The position numbers and the translations under genes are program-made. From the NCBI RefSeq assembly GCF_964204645.1, contig NC_134028.1:4340001-4404000 (forward strand): 64,000 nucleotides of DNA, given 5' to 3'. Shown piece after piece: positions 37,549 through 51,473 of this stretch (position 1 is the stretch's first letter; each line of letters begins with the position of its first letter). The notes below the pieces were generated by a model. It did no database searches and was not told the origin of the DNA. It worked only from the letters and a program-made list of their open reading frames with translations. Origin of the DNA: Tubulanus polymorphus. Taxonomy: Eukaryota > Animalia > Nemertea.

Positions 37549-38706
37549 AAGCGGCCATTCTGTTTTGATAATCGCGTGGTATTCTTCAACGCATGCCCAG
37601 CACAGCTACCGAATGCGCCGACGACTTTCATTTTTTAATCGAAGGTCGAGACTGGTAGAATATGAAGAGGGGCTTTGCGAAAAGGATATACGCCTGTTGA
37701 TATAGATCTCGAAGATTTCTAGTGGTGTTTGCAGACGTTGCTGCTGGTTTCTGTATGATGAAAATGAACGACGAGCTTACGGTGCCAGCGCCGCCGCAAT
37801 GCAGTATTTGGCGAAAAAATTGGAACAAGATTCAATATACGACTTCGATAGGGTAAAATTGGCATCTCGACATTCCGATCGCTTAATACGGAGGAGACAA
37901 TCCGACACAACAATGCAATCGACAAGCGAAAGACGATTCCAGGCATATCTAGTGGCGATAATTTCGTTCTATTGATTCAAGAGAACCGTGGAAAATTGAT
38001 CGACCGTTTTTGTATCATTGGCAACACAATTACTACACCGTTTATTCCACGTGGAGATGGTGCCAGGTATGAAGGGGACAGTGTTTCGTTTCTGGCGGTC
38101 ATTCCACACGGGGAATGGCTCGGACTTGGTTGCCCTCGCCCTCTCAGCTCATGTTACCCTTATCCTGCCAGTATGATCAAATAGAACAAGCTAAATAATA
38201 CATGAACATGGACATTAAATTCAAACTGAACATGGACATGGCGCTTATCGGACATCATAACATGTGTTGGTCGATATTGACACTCCTTTCAGCACAGTAT
38301 TCATCATTACATCTGATTTAAATTGATTTTAACCAATCAAATAGTTAATATTGTCCGCTGATGCTTTGATACACATCAAAATATACACATATTACGTATA
38401 CTAATTACACTATATTTCCATTCATGATCAGAATATACAAAGTTATGATCGATAGATTGATTGATTATGTACTAAACGTCTGTAAGTAAAACAATAGACC
38501 AAACGGAACATAGTTGTGACCGTATTATACTGACTGTGTAGCAGAAGAGAGTTGAAACGATTTCCGATGTCAGGGTTAAACTTGTGTAATTCTGTACCGG
38601 CAATAATTATACATCAGTGTATTCTGTTCGGTGCCCGCGAGCGTGTGGCGTTAAATGTTGAAAGTCAAAACATATCGAAAATCGAAGGAAGAAATTAGAG
38701 TCGCTT

Positions 38707-38741
38707 ACTCCTTATTCACTCCTTATTCATTCCTTATTCAC
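38707..38741. repeat. 12-bp tandem repeat (CTCCTTATTCA-type), ~3 copies
   Basis: ACTCCTTATTCACTCCTTATTCATTCCTTATTCAC seen directly. Confidence 0.8.
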
Positions 38742-40695
38742 CCGCTGATGAGTGTATCGTACATCGAGCCATGTTTCCGTATATCGGCGCCGCCATTTTG
38801 TTGATTGAACCCACACGCGCGCCTTCATCGTTTTCTTTTTTTAGGATTCCAATTCTATTGAATTATCGCCCTCCTCGAAAGAATTTTGTGCGAATTTTTG
38901 TATACGGCATAATGAAAAATATTCTAATCCAGTTCGGGAAGCTGCATCACTGTACGATTTGGACAAACCAACTAGAGGAAATCTAGTTCGCAAATTCTAC
39001 CTGTTTTTCGTACGATACTTGAAAAACAGCTTTCTAGGTTGATGATGATAATGCTACGTGCGCCGCGGGTAAGCCGCTTAATTTTGTCGACCGCATAAGC
39101 CAAGAGAGAATTTTGCCGGTAAATCAAATAGAAGATATAATTGATTCGTATACCTTAAAGTGAACGAGCCGCTGTCTGATAGCTCTCAGTGGTGTACTTA
39201 CCCCTTCAGTTTGTTAATAATCCCTGCCATGCTTATCGACGATTTTCAATTCTGTCTTTGTCACGGCTGTGCCACTTCTTTTCTGCCGATTGAATTAGTC
39301 CGAGTCTTCTGTAGAAGTGAGCGTGAGCGTCTGTGCGGCCAGTGTTCTCATGCGATAGACAACATCAAATTGGAAGCGTCAAAAAAGTTCAAATTCAGTC
39401 GGTAGAACTCACGCGCGGAAATGTAAAATACCCGGATCTTCAAGACGCGGATTATATAACACTCAAATGTATATGACCCGGATGCAAGTTATTCTTCCAG
39501 TTGAAATGATCTATTAGAAGGTGTATTTAAAAGTGTAAATGTCCTGTAAAGTTCTATAGAGAAGCCTCGGGAAGATACCGCGCGTACAACATTAACGTCA
39601 CCGATGCTAGATATATTTACGAGAATGGTTTCACTATTTGAACAGTTTTATATCTGTGATATGATGTCATCATCGTCATTATCGTGCGTGGTGCCGGAGA
39701 CACTTATGCCGCCGCGGGTTGCATCGATGAAGCTGGTGCCGTAGGATTTATTACTCGTGCACGTTGAAAGCGAATGAACGCACGAAGATTGGTCTCATCT
39801 GCTCCTGATGCGAACAACGTTTTTCTGCTAGACATAGCAACAATAGCGTGTTGTTGTCACCGACGCAAAATACCGAGACGGCCAAGACTCTGTAACTCTC
39901 ATCTCTTTAAACCGCAACCTTTAACGCGAAAAAAACCACGCGCTAAAGTAAATTCTCCATGCGTGCCTTCCAACCAAGAGGCAACCCATTGACCCGATAT
40001 ACACCAGAGAAACGCCGTCCAAGCAACGAGGGTATCGAATCATTGCGGAACTGTTACAGAGATATTGGTGACTAAGATTGATTAGCGTGCGTCGACATCT
40101 CCCGCCGTGTTCTACATAGTGCGTAGAAAATGATCACAGCTTTATAGAGGGTCATTGTTTATGGCCTTTAGAATGCATTCTGAGGTATATTTCATCTCGT
40201 TTGAAGTTACAGTTTTTTTGCATAATAGATTGCTACAAAGACAATGTGGCAACAATACGGAACAAAGAAATATTCCGGTAATGAAAAGGTCTTAAATGTC
40301 AATAATGAAAAAAAAAACGACAAGGCGATCATTTTAGTTCAAATTCTGATTGGTCTTCGATCTTTTTAATGCTCGCTATCATAAGGGTCCTCAATTCTTC
40401 GTTAGTTACAAAGGGGTTACAGAACGCACGTCACTCATTTGTATACAGTCGGTGAACCCGTCCAGTCAGAATCGTGATTGTAATTAACATCGAGTCGTAC
40501 TTATTAGCATCACGAAGATTTAGCGGTGTCCGAGAAAGCTTCATTAATGCGCCGTTCGCTCGATTTCGACATTTGTCCGTAAATGAAGTAGATACGTGAT
40601 TGACGTAATACTATCGTGTCAGCGATCAGCTCGTACGTACTATCAGCGAGTCCAGTCAATGTTTAATTGGATCAAACTTTCGTGTTCTAATGAAA

Positions 40696-40838
40696 CTGGG
40701 ACCGGTTCCAGAGTCATGGCTTAGACTTATGATCGGTCTAAGACCAACTTAGTTCTATAGCCAATCTAACAACCTAAGACTATAATCTTAACATTCAAGA
40801 CCACTGTCTTTTAGACTTAAATCTCGACTATGGAATCG
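40696..40838. mobile_element. MITE family 3 copy
   Basis: CTGGGGACCGGTTCCAGAGTC ... GACTATGGAATCG imperfect TIRs; core CTTAGTTCTATAGCCAATCTAACAACCTAAGACTA is shared with 19580-19690. Confidence 0.55.
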
Positions 40839-42059
40839 TTGACGACGAACGCTTTTTACTATTTTCAGAGAAATGCATTTGATATCTAATCCGGTGTGAG
40901 TTCTGCATTGCCAGTTACAGCTTTCACTTTACTCCAGCATAATTGAAGTAATTTTGACCGCTGCGACAAATTGAACTCACATCCGCGGAACTACATCCCG
41001 CGGTTTTCGATAGACATCTAAAGAATAACCGATTCACCGGTGCGGGTGACTTCTTACGTAAATCCGAATTAGATATCAAAGGTTGTTCGCTGAAAGGTTT
41101 ATTTCACGAAAAAAATAACAAAATCGAAATGCAGCTGAAGTCTGTTTGTTAGTGGAATGGAGATAGTCGCAGTACAATACAAAGACAGTTAGTTATAACG
41201 TTTTGAGTATTGTGCCTTTTGTCTTATGTCTTACGGCTTAGTTATTGCGAGACCTCGTGAAATAAATGATCGTTGCCCTTATCGTGAAAAATCGTGTGTC
41301 ACCCGTTCGCGCAAATTCTTACGGCTGGATTCGCGCGAAGAAAAAGTAGCGTCGATAAAACCTGCAAATTATATACGAATCGTGTGTTGTCAGCGTAGGT
41401 TTGTAACAAATTGGCAAAGAACAGAAGTGACAATTTAGTGAAGAAGCAGTAGTAATATCCTGCTATCATATTGGTACATCGCAAACATAGCGGAAAATCT
41501 ATATCTGTATATCTACAATATACTCGCTGAAAACTGTCTGATTAAATCACCTAAAGGCCTGCTGTGTCTTTTCTCGATTTGTTCTTTATTTCACCCGCGG
41601 TCTAATATTCGATATATGAAAAGATTTCGCTGTATTTAATGATATATTCAATATCAATGTTGTATGATTCCTAATCAAACATCAAACCATATGATTCAAA
41701 TCAAATTCGATTTGCGTTCTGGTGATCAAACACGAATTTCATTTCATTTTTCATATAAACGACATTCGATAAAATCTAGATTAAAAGATAGTTGTTAATG
41801 CCTCTTTTTGTGCGGATGAATTTCCTGTATTGGAAACAATTCTGGAAAAGGCCTTGATTTGAGAGAAACTTTATCTACGGAAATAGTAGTGCATAACCCT
41901 GACGACGAAATTATCCCCATGCTCGATTCACAGCGGGAAAGATGACAAGGTATTGATTAAGCAGATACGCCCATTCAGTGAACTCCAGGTCTCCAATGTT
42001 GTTGAATTTAAATCGAATCTCGGCGTCGAATGTTATTGAGGATTTGATGAAATGTCAAC

Positions 42060-42520
42060 AGGTCAGATGAAGCTCTCTCTTGCGCCGCTTTCTAGTTTTG
42101 CCTCGTGTCTGTTGTCATTACGGCGCCAGTTACGTCAAACGATACGTTCTGCAGTTGCTCGTTGTCACCGAAAATGGCGCAGTCTTGTAGGTTCTGGAAG
42201 ATTCGTAACATTTTCATCGAATTCTGCGAGGTCTATAACAAAGAATATCCGAAGCCTAATAAACGACTCAGTAGGTTTTCCGCTATACCGACGTCAACTG
42301 AACATGGTTAGCGTGTGGGTAGAGGAGCCTGAAGCGTCTAGGGAGAATATAGACGACGACGAAGATGACTTTTTATTGTTGAGTCTCTGTTGAAGAACCT
42401 CATTTTCATGGATGAGTTACTTTTTGTAATGGATACGTGTTCTTAGCGCGCTGTCTTGGGAATCGTTCTTTGATGGTAGCAGCAGTAAGCTTTGGGAATC
42501 GGGCGGTGACAAAGGTTATC
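42060..42520 (-). pseudogene. Possible decayed LTR-retrotransposon gag fragment
   Basis: One frame with 4-5 stops reads ...LIHENEVLQQRLNNKK...RRYSGKPTESFIR...LAEFDENVTNLPEPTRLRHFR, resembling the F/YSG..E motif of Ty3/Gypsy Gag. No LTR or pol seen. Confidence 0.25.
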
Positions 42521-44619
42521 TTTGTTGATACAGCTAATTTTCCTGTTTAAACGCTTTGAACACGAGCAGTTGTTGACAATACGTCATCGATCTTTATCGA
42601 CATAATACAACTTCGTTCTCGATTTATCATATCCAGCGTTATGCTCATAATTATGAGGCTTCTTCCTTTTATAACTTTCGTCATCGGGTATTATGATATT
42701 TCAGTAAATCGATTGATCGCAAATGCTTAGTATCAGCTCGCGGACATTTCGAAGGCCTTATTTCAAAGCATATGACAGCATTTTAGAAAAATCATATCTA
42801 GTACATACTGATTCGATAGTATTTTTTCAAATATAGTAGTAATGGCACTTCAAACAGGAATGTAAGGCTTCGTCGTTGAAATGACGAAATACGATTGCTA
42901 TGTGGTGACCACAGCTGCAGCAAAATATCTACCGCTGATGATGACAGTGTGACAGTCGACGTTGAATGGTCGAGGCTCATTGGGTGCTTAGCGAGAGCAT
43001 GCAATAACAACCGCCGGATACTAATGGGGAAGTAAACGTAACATACAGGGACATTAATTCACAGATTTACATAGCAATAAATATAACATCTTTTGCTTAT
43101 TTCGCACGTGTTATGGTTATGAGTGACGGCCGGTTATCATCGATTACTGTGACGATGCTTCGATGATAGCTGATCACTCATTCCTCCTCAAGTTCACCAC
43201 GGGCACGAACAGGGTCTCACAGAATCACGTCACTGCTAGAATTCGTGGGGTATCTCTGGGGGACATGTCTATTACCGATTATCTGGTTACGAACGAAGTC
43301 AATAACGGTCCCTTTCATGAGTCCAAATAATAATTCCATCTGGTAATTTGAGTTTACGTGTCCGCATTCCGGAACCGACTTGTTATCAGACCCGATCGAT
43401 TGCCTCGATAATTTTGTCATTTTCAAACTGAAATCATAATCGTCGGATTGAAGAAACAAGATCAAGTAATAGTGGTCTACAGTGGAGACGATTTTACCAC
43501 CAGACGTAGAAAAAATAAGTCGGCAAACTATAAGACGTATGCTAGTCATTTTCTGGGAATTTGTCATGGGACTCCGAGACGCTAAATGCGATTCTGTTTA
43601 TCTGACGAAGGCCCCTGGTAAATGGAGAAATACGATCGCGAGACCTTTGAGACACGGATATAGGACAAAGAAAGATTCTTTCAGACTGGCAGTATCAGAT
43701 CACGACATTGCCAAATGATTCACTTGAGATGATGGCGAACATGATTTCTGTTTCTGCGTCATCAATAAAGTATTCTTAAAAACGAGCGGAATATCGGTGA
43801 CTATCTAAAAAATATATTCGAAACTGATAAGGCGGCAGTAAATCTAGAAGGCATTCGGACTCTTATCCAATAATCGAGTTTGGTTAGAGTCCCAATATTC
43901 TAATGCAGAATTCATAGGGAGAGACGATTCCGTAAATTGTTTCAATTTTCCTCACTGAAAATTGACGGCAAATCTTAATTCGGGTAAGAGACGTGCGATC
44001 TAGAACTGAATAACGTCAGCATTCGCGGGCGTTCTCCTTACGGGTGAAGTTCTTTCTACTAGAAAACAATGTGGAAATTAAACTGTATGCGTCGATATGT
44101 ATATATATACAGGTATATGTATATACCCGGGGGCTCTCCGTCACGTTAGATTCCCCGTGGGTTGACATTGCTATGAATATTATATTTTTACTCAGTAACG
44201 AAATTTCTTCTGTCGTATTATTTGTCGTCTGACGGAGAAGGCCAAGCAATTTACAAAAAACGAATTTAACAGAGGAACCACCTCCGTCAAACTAAAGCCA
44301 TGGTACTGTATATTATGCCCTTCCCCCGCTTACCAATATATATATCAATAGTAGGACTGAAACACAGCATATGGAAATTAGAAGTGGATGCCAATATTTC
44401 GCTCGCCCGTTTCGACCGGGAATCAATGAGTCGATAAAGAAGACTTATTTCCGTCATAATTGCGATCAGTTGGATACATTCTTCAGATGCGTTCAGTAAC
44501 AAATCGAGCACAGGAGCAGTTAATCAGATTCTATTGTCTACAGAGATATCTTAGTCAAATGATAATCCATATTTCGTGGTAGCGTTTGTCACTGAAGACG
44601 TGTAATAACATTGACATTC

Positions 44620-44741
44620 GATATCGAATATTATGTAACAAGAATATGATCTATAGGAAATTATCTTTGTATTATGCTTTGAACACTATGCTGTAAATTA
44701 TATTTGAAAAATAAAGTGTTCAAATCAAATCAAATCAAATC
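44620..44741 (+). mobile_element. LINE 3' tail remnant
   Basis: AT-rich UTR-like stretch, AATAAA at 44710-44715, then (TCAAA)4. Confidence 0.5.
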
Positions 44742-44758
44742 TGATAATGGAAACTGTT

Positions 44759-45081
44759 GTCACGGTCACACGGGCATTTTTAGACCCAGGCCAATTACCG
44801 TCACACTGGTGCCAAATGTTCCCCTCCCTGTTTTACGCGGTTTCATTTTGGCCCGACCAAAACGGTCAGTACGAAATTCTACCACGGGTCAAATTAATGC
44901 GTGTGAATGCTCGGTAGTTCTTTAAGTGACTCACCTCGCTTGCCACAGCATCGTTCTGATGGCATTTCAGAAACTAATGAGTAATTTACGTGTGAACGCG
45001 CTCCCTAAACAGACAAATCTGACTGGGGTCTGATCCGGGGCCAGTTTGACTCAGGTCAAACCGTCTCCGCGTTACGCAGGC
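44759..45081. mobile_element. MITE family 1 copy (PIF/Harbinger-like, diverged)
   Basis: Starts GTCACGGTCACACG; shares TTGCCACAGCA.CGTTCT and ATTTACGTGTGAACGCGCTC with 23973-24294. Confidence 0.65.
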
Positions 45082-45797
45082 ATAAATCTTAAGTAAGTTC
45101 GATCGTGCGAAATGTCGGGATGGTGTGTGTTATACAGTCGTTGTTGGTGGTGGTTCGTCTACAAGCCAGTAGAGGGCGAACACTCGCTAAATACGTCACC
45201 GAGATAGAAACACCCGAGTTGGTGTCAACGAGTTTGTGTCACAAGCAGGCATGGCCGATGAGAAGTAAGTTCAGGGATATCGTCTCTCTTTCTCAAATCA
45301 GATAATAACATCAGTCGTAGTGATGAATTACACCAATAATGAATTGTATGTGTGTGGATAATGAACTCGTAACAATCGCTTACAAACTGTTCCCGCGGAG
45401 CGAGGTTTGGATTTCTTCTTCACGAACTGATCTTTCGTACACATAATTTTTTCTCACGCTGAACGATGATTGGAAACGTTGTGCAACGAGGACCCCGTGC
45501 CACTAGCTATCCCACTAGATGGCGCGCGTATCGGGGCGATAACTCGGTCAAAATTATCATCTCTCCCATCAGAAATTAGGTAAATCATAATTTGTTGATG
45601 AAATCAGATTGATCATTAGGTTAGCACAATATTGACATGCATAGAATTTGAGAAATTATGGATAGATTTTAATAGAATCTGAGTAAAAATTCGGGCGTCA
45701 TTGTCCAAATACACATTAGCGACACCAGGTGGATCCTCACATGCCACAGTCGGACGTAGAGTTCACACTATTTCTACTCAATGGAAAAAACACTTAC

Positions 45798-45999
45798 CCT
45801 GCGTGTCCGACCGGTAGAGATGCTGACCTTTCGCCAAAAGCCCGGCCGCCATAAGCTGGAAGATTCGGCAATATCTTTTCATAGTCGCAGTGACGTTTCT
45901 TTAGTTTCTGGCGAGACCAAACTTTGTAGATGGCGACGACCATCGTGATGAAAACTAGCAGTCCACATACTGTGCCCACAACGATGGCAATCACCGGCT
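45798..45999 (-). CDS. SYT15: Syt15-like coding exon 2: transmembrane helix and basic juxtamembrane segment
   Basis: tttcag| acceptor and GG|gtaag donor (phase 2); encodes EPVIAIVVGTVCGLLVFITMVVAIYKVWSRQKLKKRHCDYEKILP..., a hydrophobic helix followed by KKR and a YE.I motif as in the Syt15 N-terminus. Confidence 0.85.
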
Positions 46000-46178
46000 C
46001 TGAAATTATACGAATTCCTCGCTATTAATTGAATATTTATTCGGACAGTACGACGACGAAAAAAAAAACAATTCGCAAACGGAAAGCCATTATACGGTTG
46101 GTCATATGCGTCGTTATCGATGACAGAGGCGATTTTTATCAGATGACGAGGTGGTGGGCATACTAACAAGCCACTCAC

Positions 46179-46236
46179 CTCGACGATGTTGACTCGTCGC
46201 GGAAGTTGTGGTGGGAACGGTTGAAGTGTGTTCCAT
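46179..46236 (-). CDS. SYT15: Syt15-like coding exon 1 (MEHTSTVPTTTSATSQHRR-), short Ser/Thr-rich luminal N-terminus
   Basis: ATG at 46236-46234; 58 nt ending G|gtgagt (strong donor, phase 1), matching the phase of the next exon across a 179-nt intron. Confidence 0.72.
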
Positions 46237-49200
46237 CGAGTAATGCAATATAAATAGAACAACAGTCAATGTAGGCAGACTAAGGAAGAAACGTCGCCGA
46301 ACTGTCAAGTTTCGCTAACTAGACGCGACCAATTTTTATTCCAGAAACGATATCTATACAAAAAGTGCCGCAGCGCAACAGTCACATCAACCGACTCTGA
46401 ATAAGGAATAAAGCAAATAATCCTCCGAATGGCGACTACGTCAGTCCATGCCCCGCTCGGACAGGAAACTTATCCTTTATTACAAACAGCGACGAAGATG
46501 TAAGACCGTATTGTTATATCGACTCTGTATAGTATGAGAATATAAGCATGTGTCTGGTGACCTGGTGGTATCATTATCAGCTCCTAAACAGATGTAACCC
46601 TTTAGATTCACTGCTGATCGCAGGCTTTACAATGTTTATATTGGCTCCGTCGGTAGTTACCCAGTACTAAAAGTAATAAGGTTTATTAAAGCTCTATTCC
46701 AAGTACTGGTAATATTACATATCGCTGGTCGCATTAAAACAATTCATCAACTATAATCGTGGGTGGTAGTAACTGCCTGAAGGCATCCGTCCCGCTAAGT
46801 GCGTAGACAGTATACTTCCGTTATCCAGTATACTTGCATCATCAGTTGTCAGTTGGGAAAAAGTGGGAAAAGCAGAAACTAATGTTACGCTATTCACTGT
46901 TGTCTACTGTGACCTTTTTGTAAAACCTAACTAAAAAACCCGATCTGAATCCGGTTCTGTTATCTGGGTTCTGGCAGCCGCATGCTCTAGGAACCCAGCC
47001 AGCTTGAACTGCAGCAGGAAATGTTCTTGACAAATATAACTTATTTCTGTTTGTCTCATAACAAAGTCAGATTTTATCGGAATCGAACGTTGGCCAAATT
47101 ATCAGCACCTTGGAAGCATTGTGGTACGTTAACTCCAAGATTTTCAGGTTTGGCTTGATCATTGAAATGTAGACTCACTAAGCCGTTGGTCACGCCTTCG
47201 TTTTTCGAGTTGCCATTTCGAAATGATTTCTAGAAGAAAATGTTCTTTTTGTAAGACGCGCTAAAATGCACCGATAAGGAGTCTCGCCGACGATCAAAGT
47301 TGGATGTAGAATGGCTTCAAGAATTAACAAACTTGCTTCAAGCGAAAGAGAGAGAGAAAGACAGATTTGATTATTACTATCTCTTGTTTTTAGTAAAGAG
47401 ATTTGAACCAAACGTGTAGGAAGACACCAAACACGTTCTAACTGATTGAGACACAGCATGGAAAAGGACGAACCTGGAAACTAATCAGGCAGACAAGACC
47501 TTTCTCCCAGGGAAACGGATTGACTGGAAATTCAACTTCGACTTAACATATTTCTTCATATTGTCCTTAACAGTTAACTTTGCGGATAAAACTTTAGAAT
47601 CACAAAAATATGTTCAATTAACTGAACAAATTTGACCTGTAGAATAAATCGATTCCAGTGCAGAGAACATTTCGCAGTCTGATGGACCTATTCGAGGGGA
47701 CATCAGGCACTGACTCGATAGACAATTACAGACACAGAACATCGATAAGCGGACAAGAAATCGATGACAGAGTCGTGCGGGGAGAAATTTCGAAACAATA
47801 TTTTATTGACATGAATTCATTGCGGTCGGTTCGACACGGAGCGGGTGTCAGTAACATCAAAGGCCGGTATACTGTACCGCGTTCAGTCTCCTCGCCTCGA
47901 TCTTCTGCAAACAATTTAGCAGTAAAAATCTCCCTGCAGACAATATCGATGTTCTCAAAATTGCAGTTAACATTGATAGAATTAAGTGGATTCGAAGGAT
48001 GACGTCGTGTAACAATGATACCCTTTTAGCATCCCCCCCCCTAATGTGGTAGCCGTTTCAGAAATAAATGATCGAAAATGAATAACATCGATTTTGCGGG
48101 GACTACATGTAATTGTACACCCTACTTCTCTTACCATTCACTGCACCACGATCTTCCGCATAAACCCAGCCCCTCCAGGAAAAGATTCGTCAATATCTTT
48201 TGTTCCCAAAGCAAGGATTTCTTTCGACTATTTTGGAGTTACTGGTGGATGGAACGACTTGGCAATACGAGCTGTCGTCTTCGTCGTCCGAATCGATACA
48301 TTTTTTAGCATAGCTTCGACAAATTGCGAATATCGGGTTGGAAAGCTACACCGCGTTGGGCTTTAGATTTGCCGGTTGTTCGAGCACGAATTCAAGGGAA
48401 AATAAATCACTCACGCCGGAAAACGAGATGGTTTACTGCGATTATGAGAAACATAATCAATAAGGATCGATACGGGGAACTGAGCGTAAGTAAAATAACG
48501 AAGAGTTTTCCGTTAGGTTTAAGACGAGAAGGTCGTTTTATGACAGAGGAATGATCATAGACTATACAGACGGTTTTACATTATACACATCCTTGATGTA
48601 CATAATGTTCGTCTTGAACAGAAGTGAAATACACGCCAAAGGACAACACTCTCAACAACCGTAAACAATAGTAACATTTCATTGAACTTCCGACCTGATG
48701 ATGCAACTTAATGATGTCCGCGGCGCATCAGTTACATCATCTTACTCACGTGCACATGAATTCATCGTGGAATGCGTAAGAACCGCCATAGACCTTATAC
48801 ATGTAAAATGGTGTACCGTATCGTTTCACAACCCGATAGAAGGCCAATTTGGCCTCATTGTCTCACTTGTTAGAGGGAGTTAGTGAGATCATGGACATGG
48901 TGAGATGGACTTAGTTGATAACACCGGCGGTGATTTGTTCAGTATCTGGCTTGAATTACCAAAGTCTCAACAAGTGTTGCTTCCCTATTCAGAACTAGCC
49001 AATGCTAGCGAAACTGTTGATTGATGAAGCATTGGCGACTTTTTTCTGTAATTTCTATCCCAAATTGCTCCAGTATTTGATCGCTTGATTAATGATAAAA
49101 ATATCCGTAGCCGGTCTCGCCGGATTCAACCTGCAGGCCCCATTTCGGACATCGCTGGCCGATGAATTATTATTAGAGGTGACTTCTGCAGCAAACTTCG

Positions 49201-51339
49201 CGGGCAACTGATGAACGAAAGTTGACCGCAATCGTTGTTTCATTGCGCGCTTCGTTGATGTGTTCCCCAATAGATATTGACATAGGGCTAGCGAACCACC
49301 GAAATGAAAGCGCAGAAAGCATCAGCCCACCGGCTCCAGGCGAAATCTCGAAGCATCACGAACGATTTGCTTTATCGTATCAGAGGACTGTATGAGGCCA
49401 CACGCTCGAATAACGGTGATTCAGTACTACTCTCTAAACCTCGTCCGTAAAGATCCATTCCGCAGCATCAGTTTATGCGAACGCATGGTATTTACCTATG
49501 TTTATGTTATGAGTTCGGACTACAACGACGACATTTTATGTTATTTTTTTTTTACTTCATAAAGTAACGAATCTGCTGCCAGTCATGTACACATTTCAGC
49601 GATAAAATGCAAATTAATGACGACTCGGCAACAGCATCAACCTATACAACTTTTCCCAGTTATTATTATATTGACGAATGATGCGAATGATGGATGAGGT
49701 TTTTATTGCGTTGTACATTAAATCAGTACCTTTTAGAAGAATGTATGGTAAACGGAGAAAACTATTACGAATCGCCAGTGATGTCAATTATCATCAATAT
49801 CTGCCACTATCCAGTATATCCCCTGATACCCGAGTTAGCTCATAATATATTCTCAACTCTTTTTGCTACGGTTTCCGCGTGAATTACGTCACCGGAGATT
49901 TCGGTCACGTCGTGAATGACGTCATGATGAATTGATGATGATCAGCTCGAGTCAGGCACGGTGCTTAACCACCCGGTCAGCTTGGTCGAATGAGTATGTG
50001 GCGAAGACTGAGGTTCCGAGATGGAATCAGCTGCTTCAGCACGAACACACATATCAAATTTATTAGGTTAGGTTTAAGTATTAAATAGTCTTCGGTTTTG
50101 TATCTTTTTATTTGATTTTATTCGTCAAAGTATTACATTACTTGTATGACAGTCATATATATAATGACAGTATGAAAGTCGGCTAAATAATACACGAAAT
50201 CAAAGGTGTCGCTACTCGTCAGCAATAAACCGCTTTCTTTCACTAAACAGGCCTAATGAGGTATTTTCCTATTCTTATACTCAGATTGTGCGATCTAGTA
50301 GATCTTGTAACTATAGCGGGGGTCTCGTCTGCCAGTTTCAATTTTTAAGCGATTACCTGAACAACTATATCTGGCTGTGGTTGTTCTATTGAATCTAGAT
50401 AAGAAAAGACCCGAAGTGTTATCAGAAAAAGATAGATAAACTGAATGAAATTAGTTCAAAAAAGGATGAATTCTGCAAATATTTCAATCAGAATGTATGG
50501 TTCGATTTCGCGCTATACCGTTTACGTATTTCATAGTCGATGTCAGAGGTAAACGTAAATGCAAATAACACACGTCAATGTCGTAAACTCTCGATAAACG
50601 GTTGAACGATATGCAATTATCGATATTCGACTGGACAATATTGTCAGTAATTGAAGCGTTGTTGAACGAGGGTGAGGAAATTACGGTACATTTGGATCGA
50701 TTGTCCTGAGCGCGACCGCATCGCGGATAGAATTTATCCAGATCATAAAACTGGTTCTAAAAATGTTTAGAATTTCCGAAAAATTCATTCGAAGAATTTC
50801 GAAAATATCGATACATGCATGTTTTGAATAAAAGTAGTTTTTCAGACGTTGGTTTCATCGTTGATTGCTTTTAATGAAATACCTGCAAATGAGCTACACT
50901 GAGAAGGTGCAGTTAGAAATCATTGTGAAGGTTTTGAAAGTGATTTTAGAGCGACCGGCTTATACATGCAATCAGAATAAACGTGTAACTGGCATTTCGT
51001 ATCTCATAAAGAACATATTCACCGGCTGTTTTCATTAGAATTTCAAACGAGGTTGAAATGATCCATCGGAAACACGGATAGACCGTAAAACGGCCACAAA
51101 ATCTTATTGTACCGCAGGACACCGACCGATCCGTCGTTCTTGGCTCGCACTACCGAGTGTGAGCTCCCATACCAGATTCATATTACCAGGTTTTTGCAGG
51201 TGAAATAAAAGAGCGATGTCGACGAAGCCGCAGGGGTGCCACTTTCAGAGATATTTATATGATATGACTTGTCATTTTAGTAGGTTCACTGGCACGTAAA
51301 ATTGCATTACCTCTTTGGAGCAGAGAAACGAAAGGAACA

Positions 51340-51473
<134 letters not shown>

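Noticed and set aside
42935-42966. Hammerhead-like CTGATGA-T-GAC...GTC-GACGTTG
   Set aside because: The GAAA box is incomplete and there is no stem I; at best a dead relic.
47658-48554. Cluster of short ORFs upstream of Syt15, including a GGWND motif
   Set aside because: No coherent domain or phase-consistent exon chain; the Cys pattern of a lectin domain is absent.
48998-49037. GCCAATGCT...GAAAC...TTGATGA...AGCATTGGC as a type II hammerhead
   Set aside because: There is no room for stems I and III, and stem II is not adjacent to the core.
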